In this document: positions 1 through 10,399 of the stretch, one piece after another
Layout: every line of letters begins with the position of its first letter
How positions within the stretch are numbered: the first letter of the stretch is position 1
NCBI GenBank assembly: GCA_964291495.2
Contig: OZ219872.1
Location: 869,358-933,357 of the forward strand
From: Dehalococcoidia bacterium
Lineage (GTDB): Bacteria > Chloroflexota > Dehalococcoidia > UBA2979
Length of the DNA stretch: 64,000 bases
Direction of reading: 5' to 3'
Translations under genes and position numbers: made by a program
Notes under the pieces: generated by a model
Databases searched by the model: none
What the model saw: the letters and a program-made list of their open reading frames with translations, nothing else
What the model was told of the DNA's origin: nothing

Positions 1-2
1 GT

Positions 3-764
3 CAGCCAGTGCGTGCTGGTCTGCCAGTTCGCGCCGTCCGTAGCGTTGTAGAGCGCGACGAGCGCGGCCCGGTCCTGCGCCGTCGAGCCTGCCACCGGGG
101 CGGTTGCGGTCGCTGTCGGGGTGGGTGTGGCCGTCGGCGCTGGTGCGGGCGCCGCTGTCGGCGTCGGCGTGGCTGTCGGCGTCGGCGCGGGAGCTGGCGT
201 GGCCGCCGCCGTAGGCGAGGGCGTCGGTGTCGGTGTGGCTGCCGCCGCCGGAGCAGGCGTGGGTGCGGCCGTCGCCGTCGGAGTGGGTGTAGCCGTCGCT
301 GACAGCGTGGCAGTAGCCGTCGGCGCGGGCGTGGCCGCCGGCGGCGCCGTCGCGGTCGCCATCGCAGTCGCCGTCGGCACCTGCGCGACCTGCTGCTCGC
401 TGTCGTCGAGGCCGGCAAGGACGAGGAGCACGACCGCCGCAACGGCCACCGCCGCCGCGCCGGCCGCCGCCACGCCCGCCCAGACGAGCACTCGCCCGAC
501 CGGATCGAGCGCCGCGGGCAGGGCGAGGAGGCCGAACAGCCGTCGGCGGGGCTCGGGACGCCAGGCGGCGAGCTGCCGGCGGTTCTCGAGTCCGAGCTTG
601 CCGAGCATGTTGGAGATGTGGAACTTCACGGCGTCGAGCGTGACGCCGAGGCGCGCCGCGATCTCGGCGTTCGTGCCGCCTCGGCGCAGCTCTTCGAGCA
701 CGCGCTGCTCGGCCGGGGTGAGGATGCCGGGGCTTCGCGGGCGGCCTCGCCCTCGCTGCGTCAT
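3..764 (-). CDS. LuxR-type HTH + transmembrane helix + Pro/Thr/Ala linker + start of LRR-type extracellular domain (3' end runs off the window)
   Basis: Manual translation, absent from the ORF track: MTQRGRGRPRSPGILTPAEQRVLEELRRGGTNAEIAARLGVTLDAVKFHISNMLGKLG (LuxR HTH), hydrophobic VLVWAGVAAAGAAAVAVAAVVLLVLAG, PT/PA linker, then DRAALVALYNATDGANWQTSTHWL (typical LRR N-cap). Confidence 0.85.
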   Translation of the reverse strand, partial: MTQRGRGRPRSPGILTPAEQRVLEELRRGGTNAEIAARLGVTLDAVKFHISNMLGKLGLENRRQLAAWRPEPRRRLFGLLALPAALDPVGRVLVWAGVAAAGAAAVAVAAVVLLVLAGLDDSEQQVAQVPTATAMATATAPPAATPAPTATATLSATATPTPTATAAPTPAPAAAATPTPTPSPTAAATPAPAPTPTATPTPTAAPAPAPTATPTPTATATAPVAGSTAQDRAALVALYNATDGANWQTSTHWL

Positions 765-912
765 GCCCCAAGTCTAGGATCGTGCATCGGCGAATATCAC
801 TACCCGATGGCTCCCGGGCCTCCCGGCCCGCCCGCCCGCACCCGGCCTCAACCCGCGCCGGTGGTAGCATGGAACGCGCGCCGCGAGGGCGCGCGAAACG
901 GCTGGGGGCTGC

Positions 913-2393
913 ATGCACGACGTGGTGGTCGTCGGCGCCGGAAACGCGGCGCTCTGCGCGGCGCTGGCGGCGCAGGAGGCGGGCGCGAGCGTCCTCGTCC
1001 TCGAAAAGGCCAGCGAGGACGAGCGCGGCGGCAATACCTACTTCACCGGCGGCGGTTTCCGCTTCCCCTACGACGGCATCGAGGACATCCAGGTCCTCAT
1101 CCCCGACCTCACCGAGGGCGAGCTCGCACGCATCGAGGTCGGCGCCTACACCGAGGCCGCGATGCGCGAGGACCTGATGCGCGTTAGCGAGGGCCTCGCC
1201 GACGAGCAGCTGACCGACCACCTGGTGCGCAACTCCTTCGGGACCATGCAGTGGATGCGCGAGCGCCTCGATGTGCGCTGGGTGCTGATGTACGGCCGCC
1301 AGGCCTACGAGGTGGAGGGCAAGCTGCGCTTCTGGGGCGGCCTGATCGTCGAGGCCGTCGGCGCCGGCAAGGGCCTCTCCGACTCGCTCTTCGCCGCTGC
1401 CGACCACCACGGCGTCGAGGTGCGCTACGGCACGAAGGCCGTCGGCCTCGTGATGGACGACGCCGGCGCGGTGCGCGGCGTGCAGGCGCGCGGCCCCAAC
1501 GGCCGCGAAACCATCGACGCGCGCGCCGTGGTGATGGCCGCCGGGGCTTCGAGGCGAACACCGAGATGCGCACCCGCTACATGGGCCCGGGCTGGGAGCT
1601 GGCCAAGGTGCGCGGCACCCGCCACAACACCGGCGAGGGCATCCGCATGGCCCTCGACATCGGCGCGCAATCGCACGGCCACTGGTCCTCGGGGCACGCG
1701 GTCGCCTGGGACCTCAACGCGCCGCCGACGGGCAACCGCATCGTCGGCGACCTCTACCAGAAGCACTCCTACCCGCTGGGGCTGATCGTGAACATCGAGG
1801 GCGAGCGCTTCGTCGACGAGGGCGCGGACATGCGCAACTACACCTACGCCAAGTACGGGCGCGAGATCCTGCGCCAGCCCTACGGCGTCGCCTTCCAGCT
1901 GTTCGACCAGAAGACGGTGCCGATCCTGCGCGACGAGTACCGCATCCGCGAGATCACGAAGGGCGAGGGCCAGACGATCGGCGAGCTCGCCGACGACCTC
2001 GGCATCGACCGCGAGGGGCTGGAGCGCACGGTCGCCGAGTTCAACGCCGCCTGCCAGCCGGGCGAGTTCAACCCGGCGGTCCGCGACGGCGTGCGCACCG
2101 AGGGCATCGAGCCGCCGAAGTCGAACTGGGCGATCCCGCTCGACGAGCCGCCCTACTTCGGCGTCGCCGTGACCTGCGGGATTACGTTCACCTTCGGCGG
2201 CCTGCGCATCGACCACCGCAGCGCGCAGGTGCTGGACACGGAGCTGGAGCCGATTCCCGGCCTCTACGCGGCCGGCGAGCTGGTCGGCGGGCTCTTCTAC
2301 CACAACTACGCCGGCGGGACGGGCCTGATGTCGGGCGCGGTCTTCGGCCGGACGGCCGGGCGGGCCGCCGCCGAGGCGGTCCTCGGAGGGTAG
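913..2393 (+). CDS. tcuA: FAD-dependent tricarballylate dehydrogenase TcuA-like flavoprotein (frameshift at ~1543-1546)
   Basis: N-terminal VVVVGAGNAALCAA FAD motif in ORF 913..; continues as GFEAN...TFTFGGLRID...GLYAAGELVGGLFYHNYAGGTGLMSGAVFGR in ORF 1251..2393; one missing G in a GGGG run would restore AAGGFEAN. Confidence 0.8.
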
Positions 2394-2404
2394 GGGCAGG
2401 CGCG

Positions 2405-2590
2405 ATGCTGTACTTCCTCGCGATCATCGCGCCGCCGATCGCCGTGCTGGCGGTGGGGCGACCGTGGCTGTCGCTGCTCAACCTCGTGCTGACGGTCGCG
2501 GGCTGGATACCCGGCGTCATCCACGCGGTGCTGGTGATCAACGAGCACAAGGCGGACCAGCGCGCGGAGCGCTACGCCTCGCGCGAGTAG
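2405..2590 (+). CDS. YqaE/Pmp3 family small membrane protein
   Basis: 61 aa, LAIIAPPIAV...LNLVLTVAGWIPGVIHA signature. Confidence 0.9.
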   Translation: MLYFLAIIAPPIAVLAVGRPWLSLLNLVLTVAGWIPGVIHAVLVINEHKADQRAERYASRE

Positions 2591-2815
2591 CCTTCCCCCT
2601 CCGGCCCCCTCTCCCCGAGGGAGAGGGCGGGGGTGAGGGAGGCGCACGCCGGACCGTCGCCGTCCTCGGAAGGTTCGTTGCCCCCCGCCTGGATTCCGGC
2701 TCTTGCCGGAATGACGGGAAGGGCGGCTCCGGCCCCTCTCCCTGGGGAGAGGGCAGGGGTGAGGGGGAGAACTCCCGCACGCCCCGAATCCGCCGAGGGC
2801 GCAGCACGGGCCTGA
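2591..2815. repeat. Intergenic palindromic repeat mosaic 1
   Basis: Two CCCCTCTCCC-Nx-GGGAGAGGG..GGGGTGAGGG hairpins flanking CTGGATTCCGGC-N4-GCCGGAATGAC (2689-2715). Confidence 0.85.
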
Positions 2816-2826
2816 AGGGGATCCGG

Positions 2827-3861
2827 ATGCGAACGGACGGGAGCCCCCGCCGAGGGAAGCTGCTCGCGGCGCTCGCGCTGGCGACGGTGCTCGCGGCCCT
2901 CCCTGGTTGCTTCGGCGACGACGAGGGCGAGCCTCAACGCGTCTACACGTACACGCCGACCGAGACCGCGGAGGCGACCGCCACGCCCGTCGAGACGCCC
3001 TCGCCAACAGCGACGCCCACACCAACGCTCACGCCGGAGGCGCCGACCGCCACCCCGCCACCGACGGCCGAGGCGGACGCGCCGACCGCCGGCCAGGGCG
3101 GCCTGCTGCCTCCCGAGATCGGCGAGGAGGTGGTGCGGCTGCTGCTCGACGCGATGCGCGACCCGGACTCGGAGCTGTTCTCGGGCTCCATCGACGCGCT
3201 GCCGCCGGAGCTGCGGACCCTGCTCGACGCGCTCGGGGCCAACCTGCTGCTGGGCATCGTCGCGGTCGACACCGGCATCGGGGCCGGCGTCGTGGCGGTG
3301 CTGCCCGGCTCGCCCGCCGAGCGCGCCGGCCTTGCCGAGGGCGACCTGATCACCGCGATCGGCGCCGAGCCAATCGAGAGCGGCGCACAGCTGCGCGATG
3401 CCATCGAGGCGCTCTCCCCGGGTACGGCCTACACGCTGACGGCCAGCCGCGGCGGCGTTCCGGGGCTGCTGGACCTCGAGCGGGAGGCGGCGTCGGAAGG
3501 CGACGCCTGGCGGGCGGAGCTGCTGCGCCTGATCGCGCTGGTGGTGCTGCTCGAGGGCGGCGCGGACCTGCCGCCCTCGGTGCTCGGCGAGCTGGCCGAG
3601 GAGACGCCGGACGGGCTTCGCGTGTTCGCCGTCTTCCCCGGCTCGCCGGCGGATGCGGGCGGCGTGCGGCCCGGCGACCTGCTGGTCTCGATCGCTGGCC
3701 GCCAGCTCGCGACGATCGCCGACCTCGAGGCGTTGCTGCGATCGTTCAACCCCGCCGGCGGCACGATCGAGGTCGTGCTGCTGCGCGACGGCGAGGAACT
3801 GACGCTGGAGATCGACCTCGCGGCCGGCGGCATGTTCGGCGGAGGCCCGGCGCCGCAGTAG
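2827..3861 (+). CDS. Exported (lipo)protein with PT-rich linker and two PDZ domains
   Basis: Signal/lipobox LAALPGC, TPTPT linker, two V(L/F)PGSPA..AG(L/V)..GDL(I/L) PDZ motifs; ATG 2827 is in frame with ORF 2464..3861. Confidence 0.8.
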   Translation: MRTDGSPRRGKLLAALALATVLAALPGCFGDDEGEPQRVYTYTPTETAEATATPVETPSPTATPTPTLTPEAPTATPPPTAEADAPTAGQGGLLPPEIGEEVVRLLLDAMRDPDSELFSGSIDALPPELRTLLDALGANLLLGIVAVDTGIGAGVVAVLPGSPAERAGLAEGDLITAIGAEPIESGAQLRDAIEALSPGTAYTLTASRGGVPGLLDLEREAASEGDAWRAELLRLIALVVLLEGGADLPPSVLGELAEETPDGLRVFAVFPGSPADAGGVRPGDLLVSIAGRQLATIADLEALLRSFNPAGGTIEVVLLRDGEELTLEIDLAAGGMFGGGPAPQ

Positions 3862-3977
3862 GCGGCGGAGACGAAGGAGGGGCGCCCGCACTGCCCACCC
3901 GCTTGACAGCCTCGCGCGGCTTGCCGAGGCTCACGCGAGAGCGGGGCACGACGGGCGACCCCCAACGGAGAGCGCTG

Positions 3978-5228
3978 ATGGCGAAGAGCGACGCGAACAG
4001 CGACCGCGCCTACGACGAGCGACCGCGACCCCTGGCCGGGGTGCGCGTGGTGGACTTCACCTGGATCGTCGCCGGACCGCAGGCGACACGCATCCTCGCC
4101 GACCTCGGAGCCGACGTGATCCGCGTCGAGAACGAGGGGCACATGGACTCGCTGCGCGGGGGCCTGCCGCCGGACGGAGATCCGCACCCCGACCGCTCCG
4201 GGATCTTCAACAACTTCAACCGCAACAAGCGCGGCATCACCGCCAACATCTACCACCCGCGCACCCGCGAGCTGATCGAGCAACTGATCTCCGGGGCGGA
4301 CGCGGTGACCGAGAACTTCAGCCCCGGCGCGTTCGCGCGCATGGGTTTCAGCTTCGAGCGCCTGCGCGAGCTGAACCCGAAGATCATCTACCTCTCGCTC
4401 TCCGGCTACGGGCACTACGGCCGCGACAGCTCCTACGTGACGTGGGGCCCGACGGCGCAGGCCGTCTCCGGGCTGACCTACATCTCCGGCCTGCCCGACC
4501 AGGACCCGGCCGGCTGGGGCTACTCCTACCTCGATCACTCGGCCGGCTACTACGGCGCGATCGCGATGCTGCTCGCCCTGCGGCGGCGCGAGCGCATCGA
4601 GGGCGCACAGCGCATCGACATCTCGCAGGTGGAGACGGGCATGGTGATGACCGGCGTGACCATGCTCGACTGCCAGATCAACGGTCGTCCGTCCGAGCGC
4701 ATCGGCAACCGCTCGCGGCATCCGGCGATGGCGCCGCACGGCGCCTACCGCTGCGCCGGCGACGACCGCTGGATCACGGTCGCGGTCGAGAGCGAGGAGC
4801 ACTGGCGCGAGCTCTGCGAGGAACTCGGCGCGCCCGAACTCGCCGACGACGAGCGCTTCGCGAGCCTCGATGCGCGCCTCGCCGCGGAGGACGCGCTGGA
4901 CGCGGCGATCACGGAGTGCACGCGCGAGCGCGATGCGCGGCAGCTGATGTACGCGCTCCAGGCGCGCGGCGTGCCCGCCGGCCTGGCGCAGAACATGCCG
5001 GACAAGATGCAGGACGAGCAGCTGGCGGCGCGCGGCTTCCACCGCGCGGCGCCCAGCCCGTACGTCGGCGATCGCTTCTACGAGGGCCTGCCCTTCCTCT
5101 TCCGCCAGCTCGGCTGGGACGTTCGGCGCGGCGCTCCCGGCCTCGGCGAGCACGTCGACGAGGTGCTGACGGAGCTTGGCTGCACGCCCGAGGAGATCGC
5201 GCAACTGCGAGCGGAGGCCGGCGTATGA
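3978..5228 (+). CDS. CaiB/BaiF family III CoA-transferase
   Basis: PLAGVRVVDFTWIVAGPQATRILADLGADVIRVE, NRNKRG, ENFSPG, APGLGEH; GGAG RBS. Confidence 0.92.
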   Translation: MAKSDANSDRAYDERPRPLAGVRVVDFTWIVAGPQATRILADLGADVIRVENEGHMDSLRGGLPPDGDPHPDRSGIFNNFNRNKRGITANIYHPRTRELIEQLISGADAVTENFSPGAFARMGFSFERLRELNPKIIYLSLSGYGHYGRDSSYVTWGPTAQAVSGLTYISGLPDQDPAGWGYSYLDHSAGYYGAIAMLLALRRRERIEGAQRIDISQVETGMVMTGVTMLDCQINGRPSERIGNRSRHPAMAPHGAYRCAGDDRWITVAVESEEHWRELCEELGAPELADDERFASLDARLAAEDALDAAITECTRERDARQLMYALQARGVPAGLAQNMPDKMQDEQLAARGFHRAAPSPYVGDRFYEGLPFLFRQLGWDVRRGAPGLGEHVDEVLTELGCTPEEIAQLRAEAGV

Positions 5229-6526
5229 GCGACGCACCTCCGCTACCGGAGTTCGCCGCGAGCCTGGACGGCGCACCGATCCTCGATCGCGTGCGCGTCG
5301 TCGAGGTCGGCGACCTCGGCGAGGTCGCGGGGAGACTGCTCGCCGACGTGGGCGCGGACGTGATCCGCGTCGAACCGCCCTCGGGCACGGACTCGCGCCA
5401 CATCGGACCATATCCGGACGACGAGCCGGGCATCGAAACGTCGCTGCGCTTCGCGGCGCACAACGCGAACAAGCGCGGCGTCACGCTCGACCTCGAACAC
5501 GCCGAGGGCCGCGAGCTGTGGCGGCGGCTGTGCGAGAGCGCCGACGTGGTGATCGACGGCTCCGGGCACGGCGTCCTCGACGGCCTCGGGGCGGGCTGGG
5601 AGGCGCGGCTCGCGGACGGCTGGGCGGGCCCGCGCGTGTGGTGCGCGATCACGCCGTTTGGCCGCGAGGGGCCGTGGGCGGACTGGGCCTCGAGCGACCT
5701 CGTCCAGCTCGCGCTCGGCGGGCCGATGATGAGCACGGGCTACACGGACCACGACTTGCCGCCGATCCGCGGCGGTTTTGACCACTCGTACTGGATGGGT
5801 GGCGAGTACGCGGTGGTCGGCATCCTCGGCGCGCTGTTCGGGCTGGACGCCGGTCGCGCCGAGGGGCCGGAGCTGGTGGACATGGCGATCCACGACGCGG
5901 TGAGCGCCACGACCGAGGGCTCGTTCCCCAGCTGGGAGTACCGCCGGGAGATCAACCAGCGCGCCACCGGCCGCCACTCGGCGCCCGGCCCGACGCCGGA
6001 GATCCAGTTCCCGACCGTCGACGGGCGTCACATGAACATCATCGGCGGCGGACAGCCGCGCTCCGTACGCTACCTCGAGGGCCTGCTCGACTGGATGGAC
6101 CAGTACGACGCCGCCGCGGATCTGCGCGAGCCGCGCTTCCGCGAGGCGATCTTCGCGGCCCGCAACGACGCGCACGAGGAGCGTGCGCGCTTCTCCGAGG
6201 TGACCAAGCGCTTCGTCGCGATGCTCACGACGGAGGAGGCCTACCGCGGCGGCCAGTCGCTGCACCTGCCATGGGGCATCGTGCGCCGGCCCGAGGAGAA
6301 CCTCGACGATCCGCACTGGACGGACCGCGACTCGTTCGCCCCGCTCGAGTTGCCGGACGGACGGCAGGCGCGGCTCCCCATCGCCCCGTACCGCTTCGAG
6401 GGCGTCGAGCGCGTGCGGCCGTGCCGCGCCCCGCTGCTCGGCGAGCACAACCACGCCGTCTACCACGAGGAGCTGGGAGTGCCCGCCGAGGAGTTGCCGG
6501 GGCTCTCCGAGCGCGGCGCGATCTAG
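5225..6526 (+). CDS. CaiB/BaiF family III CoA-transferase (second, divergent subunit)
   Basis: GRLLADVGADVIRVEPP, NANKRGVTLDL, APLLGEHN; ATGA overlap with the upstream gene. Confidence 0.9.
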   Translation: MSDAPPLPEFAASLDGAPILDRVRVVEVGDLGEVAGRLLADVGADVIRVEPPSGTDSRHIGPYPDDEPGIETSLRFAAHNANKRGVTLDLEHAEGRELWRRLCESADVVIDGSGHGVLDGLGAGWEARLADGWAGPRVWCAITPFGREGPWADWASSDLVQLALGGPMMSTGYTDHDLPPIRGGFDHSYWMGGEYAVVGILGALFGLDAGRAEGPELVDMAIHDAVSATTEGSFPSWEYRREINQRATGRHSAPGPTPEIQFPTVDGRHMNIIGGGQPRSVRYLEGLLDWMDQYDAAADLREPRFREAIFAARNDAHEERARFSEVTKRFVAMLTTEEAYRGGQSLHLPWGIVRRPEENLDDPHWTDRDSFAPLELPDGRQARLPIAPYRFEGVERVRPCRAPLLGEHNHAVYHEELGVPAEELPGLSERGAI

Positions 6527-6960
6527 CCCCCTCCGGCCCCGTCGCAGGCCCCCACACCCCCATCCCGGACGAGCGGACGCTCCGCGCCGCTCGGACCCAC
6601 CCACCCGTCCCCGGATTTCTTTCTCTGTGGGGGCTGCGCCCCCACACCCCCTCGGAACCATCGAGGGCACACGAACCCATCGAAGGCGGTCCGGCCCCCT
6701 CTCCTGGAGGAGAGAGTTGGGGTGAGGCGGCTCGCCCGCGGATGCTCCCCTCGCGATGGGCTGTTGCGCCCCCCGGGGCTCGTGCTCCGCGGAACTCGAA
6801 CGAGCACGCTGCGCGGCCCGGCTGGATTCCGGCTTCCGCCGGAATGACGGGGATGCGGAAACCGCCCCTTCGGCCCGATCCGGCCCCCTCTCCCCCGGCG
6901 GGAGAGGGTGGGGGTGTGGGGGAGGCGGGCGCAGCCCGCCCGAGGCGGCAACGGACCCGC
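6527..6960. repeat. Intergenic palindromic repeat mosaic 2
   Basis: ~110-bp CCCCCACACCCCC-GGACGAGC..GGACCCACCCACCC-TGTGGGGGCTGCGCCCCCACA block, two CCCCTCTCC/GGAGAG hairpins and CTGGATTCCGGC-N4-GCCGGAATGAC at 6822-6848. Confidence 0.85.
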
Positions 6961-7063
6961 GAGGGCGCACCAGTGAGCCCACAACCAAACGTTAACGCCC
7001 GATCTGGCGCCACTTTGCGTCCCCGCGCTTGCGAGGCGGGGAGGCGGCGGCGAGACTGGGAGC

Positions 7064-7756
7064 ATGGCTCGCGTGCTGGTGGTCGAAGACGACGCCGCGA
7101 TCCTCGAGACGGTCGCCTACAACCTCGGCCGCGAGGGCTACGAGGTGGTCACCGCCGCCGACGGCGTCTCGGGGCTGCAACTCTCGCGCGAGACCGAGCC
7201 CGACCTGATCGTGCTGGACCTGATGCTGCCGCGCATGTCCGGCCTCGACGTCTGTCGCGTGGTGCGCGAGGAGCGGCCGGTGCCGATCCTGATGCTGACC
7301 GCGCGCAGCGCCGAGGGCGACAAGATCGCCGGGCTGGACCTCGGCGCAGACGACTACGTCACCAAGCCGTTCTCGATGCAGGAGCTGATCGCGCGCGTGA
7401 GCGCGATGCTGCGCCGTGACCGCATCTCTCGCGAGGCCGCCGGCGGGGTCAACGGCGGGACGTTGCGCGGCGGCGGCATCGAGCTGCGGCCCGAGGCGCG
7501 CGAGGCGCGGCGCAACGGCGAGGTCGTGCGGCTGCGTCCGAAGGAGTTCGACCTGCTGGAGTGCCTGATGCGTCATCCGCGCCAGGTGCTGACGCGCGAT
7601 CGCATCCTGGAGCAGGTCTGGGGCTACGAGTTCGGCGGCGGCACGCGCACCGTGGACGTGCACATGCGCTGGCTGCGCCAGAAGCTCGAAGAGACGCCCT
7701 CGAAGCCGCAACACCTCGTGACGGTGCGGACCGTGGGCTACAAGTTCGAGCCCTGA
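7064..7756 (+). CDS. OmpR/PhoB-family response regulator
   Basis: Receiver domain (VVEDD, DLMLP, ADDYVTKPF) plus winged helix (RTVDVHMRWLRQKLE, TVRTVGYKF). Confidence 0.95.
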   Translation: MARVLVVEDDAAILETVAYNLGREGYEVVTAADGVSGLQLSRETEPDLIVLDLMLPRMSGLDVCRVVREERPVPILMLTARSAEGDKIAGLDLGADDYVTKPFSMQELIARVSAMLRRDRISREAAGGVNGGTLRGGGIELRPEAREARRNGEVVRLRPKEFDLLECLMRHPRQVLTRDRILEQVWGYEFGGGTRTVDVHMRWLRQKLEETPSKPQHLVTVRTVGYKFEP

Positions 7757-7792
7757 TCCCGTGTCCGCGCAGCCGCCCCCGAGCCTCGAGCG

Positions 7793-9046
7793 ATGACCCC
7801 CGGCTGGCGCTGGGTCGCGCTCGCGGGTCTGGCGGCGATCGCCGTCGCCGCTCCGCTGCTGCTGTCGCGTCCGGCGGCCGCGCTGCTGGCTCTCGCCGCG
7901 CTGCTGGCCGCCGCACTCCTCGTGCGAGCCGGTTCGAGTCCGGCGCCCGCAGCGCTGCCCGAGGAGCCCCCGGCCCCGGCCCCCGCGATCCCGGCCACGC
8001 CCGACGCCGGACCGCTCCTCGCCTCGCTGCCCTGCGGCGTGCTGCTGCTCGATGAGGAGCTGAACGTGCTTGCCGCGAACGACACGCTCGCGCGCATCGT
8101 CGAGCACCCGCTCGAGACGATGACGGGCGTCTCGCTGATCCGCGCGATCCGCGAGATCGAGCTGGTCGAGTTCGCGCGTGAACGTCTCCACGGTTCGCGC
8201 GAGGCCCACCTCACGAACGGCGTCGAGGCGCGGCTCTCCTCGGCGCCGATCGACCTGCCGCTGGCCAGCGGACGGGCGACGCAGCTGATTGCCGTGGAGG
8301 ACATGACCGCGCTGCGCGCCGCGCAACGCGCGCGCTCCGACCTCGTCGCGAACCTCGCGCACGAGCTGCGCACCCCGCTGGCCGGGGCCCGCGCCATCGC
8401 CGAGACGTTCCACGCCGCCGCCGGGGATCCGGCAGAGCGCGAGCGCTTCCTGCGACTGCTCGGCGATGAGATCGAGCGGATGAGCAGGCTCGTCGAGCGG
8501 ATGCTGCACCTCGCGCAGCTCGAATCGAGCGACGAGCCGATCGAGCTCGAGCCGCTGTCGCCGTCGGAGCTGCTGGACGGGGCAGCCGCCCGCGTGGCGC
8601 CCGTCGCCGCGCAGCGAAAGATCCGCGTGGACATCGAGGCGGCCAGCGGCACACTGGTCGCGGGCCATCGCGAGCACGTCGGCGAGGTGTTCGCGAACCT
8701 GCTGGACAACGCGCTGCGCCACAGCCCCGACGACAGCCGCATCGCCCTCGCCGCGCTCGCCGGCAGCGGCGAAGTTCACTTCGAGGTGCGCGACGAGGGG
8801 TCGGGCATCCTGCCGAGCGAGCGCGAGCGCGTCTTCGAGCGCTTCTACACGGGCGACGACTCGCGCGGGACCGGGGGCGGCGCCGGGCTCGGCCTGGCGA
8901 TCACGCGCCAGCTCGTCCATCGGCTCGGCGGCCGCATCTGGGTTACCGATCGAACGCCCGGGGCGACGGTCTGCTTCACGCTCGCACATGCGCAGGACGG
9001 CGAGGCGCCCTCGGACGGAGGGGGCGAGGCAGGCGACGGGGTGTAG
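7793..9046 (+). CDS. Membrane sensor histidine kinase (PhoR/SenX3-like, PAS-like domain)
   Basis: Two N-terminal TM helices, H-box AHELRTPL, N-box NLLDNALRH, G-boxes DEGSGI and GAGLGLAI. Confidence 0.93.
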   Translation: MTPGWRWVALAGLAAIAVAAPLLLSRPAAALLALAALLAAALLVRAGSSPAPAALPEEPPAPAPAIPATPDAGPLLASLPCGVLLLDEELNVLAANDTLARIVEHPLETMTGVSLIRAIREIELVEFARERLHGSREAHLTNGVEARLSSAPIDLPLASGRATQLIAVEDMTALRAAQRARSDLVANLAHELRTPLAGARAIAETFHAAAGDPAERERFLRLLGDEIERMSRLVERMLHLAQLESSDEPIELEPLSPSELLDGAAARVAPVAAQRKIRVDIEAASGTLVAGHREHVGEVFANLLDNALRHSPDDSRIALAALAGSGEVHFEVRDEGSGILPSERERVFERFYTGDDSRGTGGGAGLGLAITRQLVHRLGGRIWVTDRTPGATVCFTLAHAQDGEAPSDGGGEAGDGV

Positions 9047-9053
9047 GGGCGGA

Positions 9054-10346
9054 CTATGGCTCCGCGCCGACGGCGGCGGGCCGCGGGCGGAACGTTCCCC
9101 TGCGCACCAGCGATCGCACCTCGGGCAGCATCGCCGCCGCCGTGAGGAAGGCGAGCGCCCAGATCATCGCCGGCGCGATCAGCAGGATGCGCACGCCTAT
9201 CTCGTTCGAAAGCCAGCCATAGCCGAAGTTCGCGAAGGCCATGTGGCCGGCCGCGAGCATCAGGTAGATCGACATCACGCGCCCGCGATACTCGTCCGGC
9301 ACGGTGCGCTGCACGAACGTCGCCGAGAGCGCCATGTAGCTGGCCTGCGTCAGGCCGGTCAGCACCCCACCGAGGACTGCCATCCAGGCCGTCGCCGCGA
9401 AGCCGATCACGAGCATCGCGGCCCCGCTCCCGATGCCCACGACCAGCAGCGCGCGGCCCTGCGCCACCTCCGTCCGCAGCATCGAGATCACGAGCGTGCC
9501 GCAGATCGCGCCCACGCCGACGCCGACGATGATCGCGCTGTAGGTGCGGTCCGCCCCGCCGACCTGGGTCGCCAGCGTCGGCATCATCGAGTCGAACGCC
9601 ATCGTCAGGCCGCAGTGCAGCCCGACGAGCACCATCACGAACAGCACGCGCGCGTCGCGCTCCAGGTAGGCGAAGCCCGCGCCGATGTCGTTGAGGATTC
9701 GGCGTCCATCGAAGAGCGGGCCCTCGGCTTCCCCTGCCGCCGGCGGCGCGCGGTACTCGAGCTTGAAGATCTGGTAGAGGGCGAGCATGACGAAGCAGCC
9801 CGAGAGGATGAACACTGAGCCCGACCCCAGGAAGGAGAGCATCGCCCCGCCGATTGTCGGGCCGAGCACGCGCGAACCGTGGCGCGTGATGCCGGCGAGG
9901 GCGATCGCGTTGAGCAGGTGCTCCTTGGGGACGACGTTGGCGACCAGGGCCTGCTCGGCCGGGGTGCCGAAGGCGCGCGCCGTCCCGCCCAGCGCCGCGA
10001 ACGCGATCACGTGCCAGGGCTCCACCAACCCCGGCAGCGTGATCGCCGCGAGGCCGAACGCCGAGAAGATACTGACCATGTCGGCGGCGATCGCCATCCT
10101 CCGCCGGTCCGCCCGATCGGCCAGCGCGCCGCCGATCGGGCCCGCCAGCAGCAGTGGGATCATGCCCGCGAACGTGGCCGCGCCCACCCAGCCAGCGTGC
10201 CCGGTCAGCTCGAAGATCAGCCAGCCGCGCGCCAGCAGCATCGTCCAGTGCGACGCCGAGGCGAAGAAGGCGTTGGCGAAAATACGCCGGAAGTCGCGCG
10301 ATTGCAGCGCGGGATGCCGCTGGGCAATCGAGTGGAACGTGATCAT
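9054..10346 (-). CDS. MFS transporter (MFS_3-like)
   Basis: About 12 hydrophobic segments, GGALADRADRRR motif A; start placed at ATG 10346, 6 nt after TAGACT. Confidence 0.9.
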   Translation of the reverse strand: MITFHSIAQRHPALQSRDFRRIFANAFFASASHWTMLLARGWLIFELTGHAGWVGAATFAGMIPLLLAGPIGGALADRADRRRMAIAADMVSIFSAFGLAAITLPGLVEPWHVIAFAALGGTARAFGTPAEQALVANVVPKEHLLNAIALAGITRHGSRVLGPTIGGAMLSFLGSGSVFILSGCFVMLALYQIFKLEYRAPPAAGEAEGPLFDGRRILNDIGAGFAYLERDARVLFVMVLVGLHCGLTMAFDSMMPTLATQVGGADRTYSAIIVGVGVGAICGTLVISMLRTEVAQGRALLVVGIGSGAAMLVIGFAATAWMAVLGGVLTGLTQASYMALSATFVQRTVPDEYRGRVMSIYLMLAAGHMAFANFGYGWLSNEIGVRILLIAPAMIWALAFLTAAAMLPEVRSLVRRGTFRPRPAAVGAEP

Positions 10347-10399
10347 CAAGCGAGTCTACAGGACGGCGTGCTCGGCGAACCTCGATCGTGGGCCGCCCG

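Noticed and set aside
1543-1546. Programmed frameshift or pseudogene in tcuA
   Set aside because: A single missing G in a G-run with both halves intact; most simply a homopolymer sequencing error (check reads).
6225-7013. ORFs translated through the repeat mosaics (PHPNPLP / VIPAKAGIQ peptides)
   Set aside because: These are translations of the palindromic DNA modules with no independent sign of coding.
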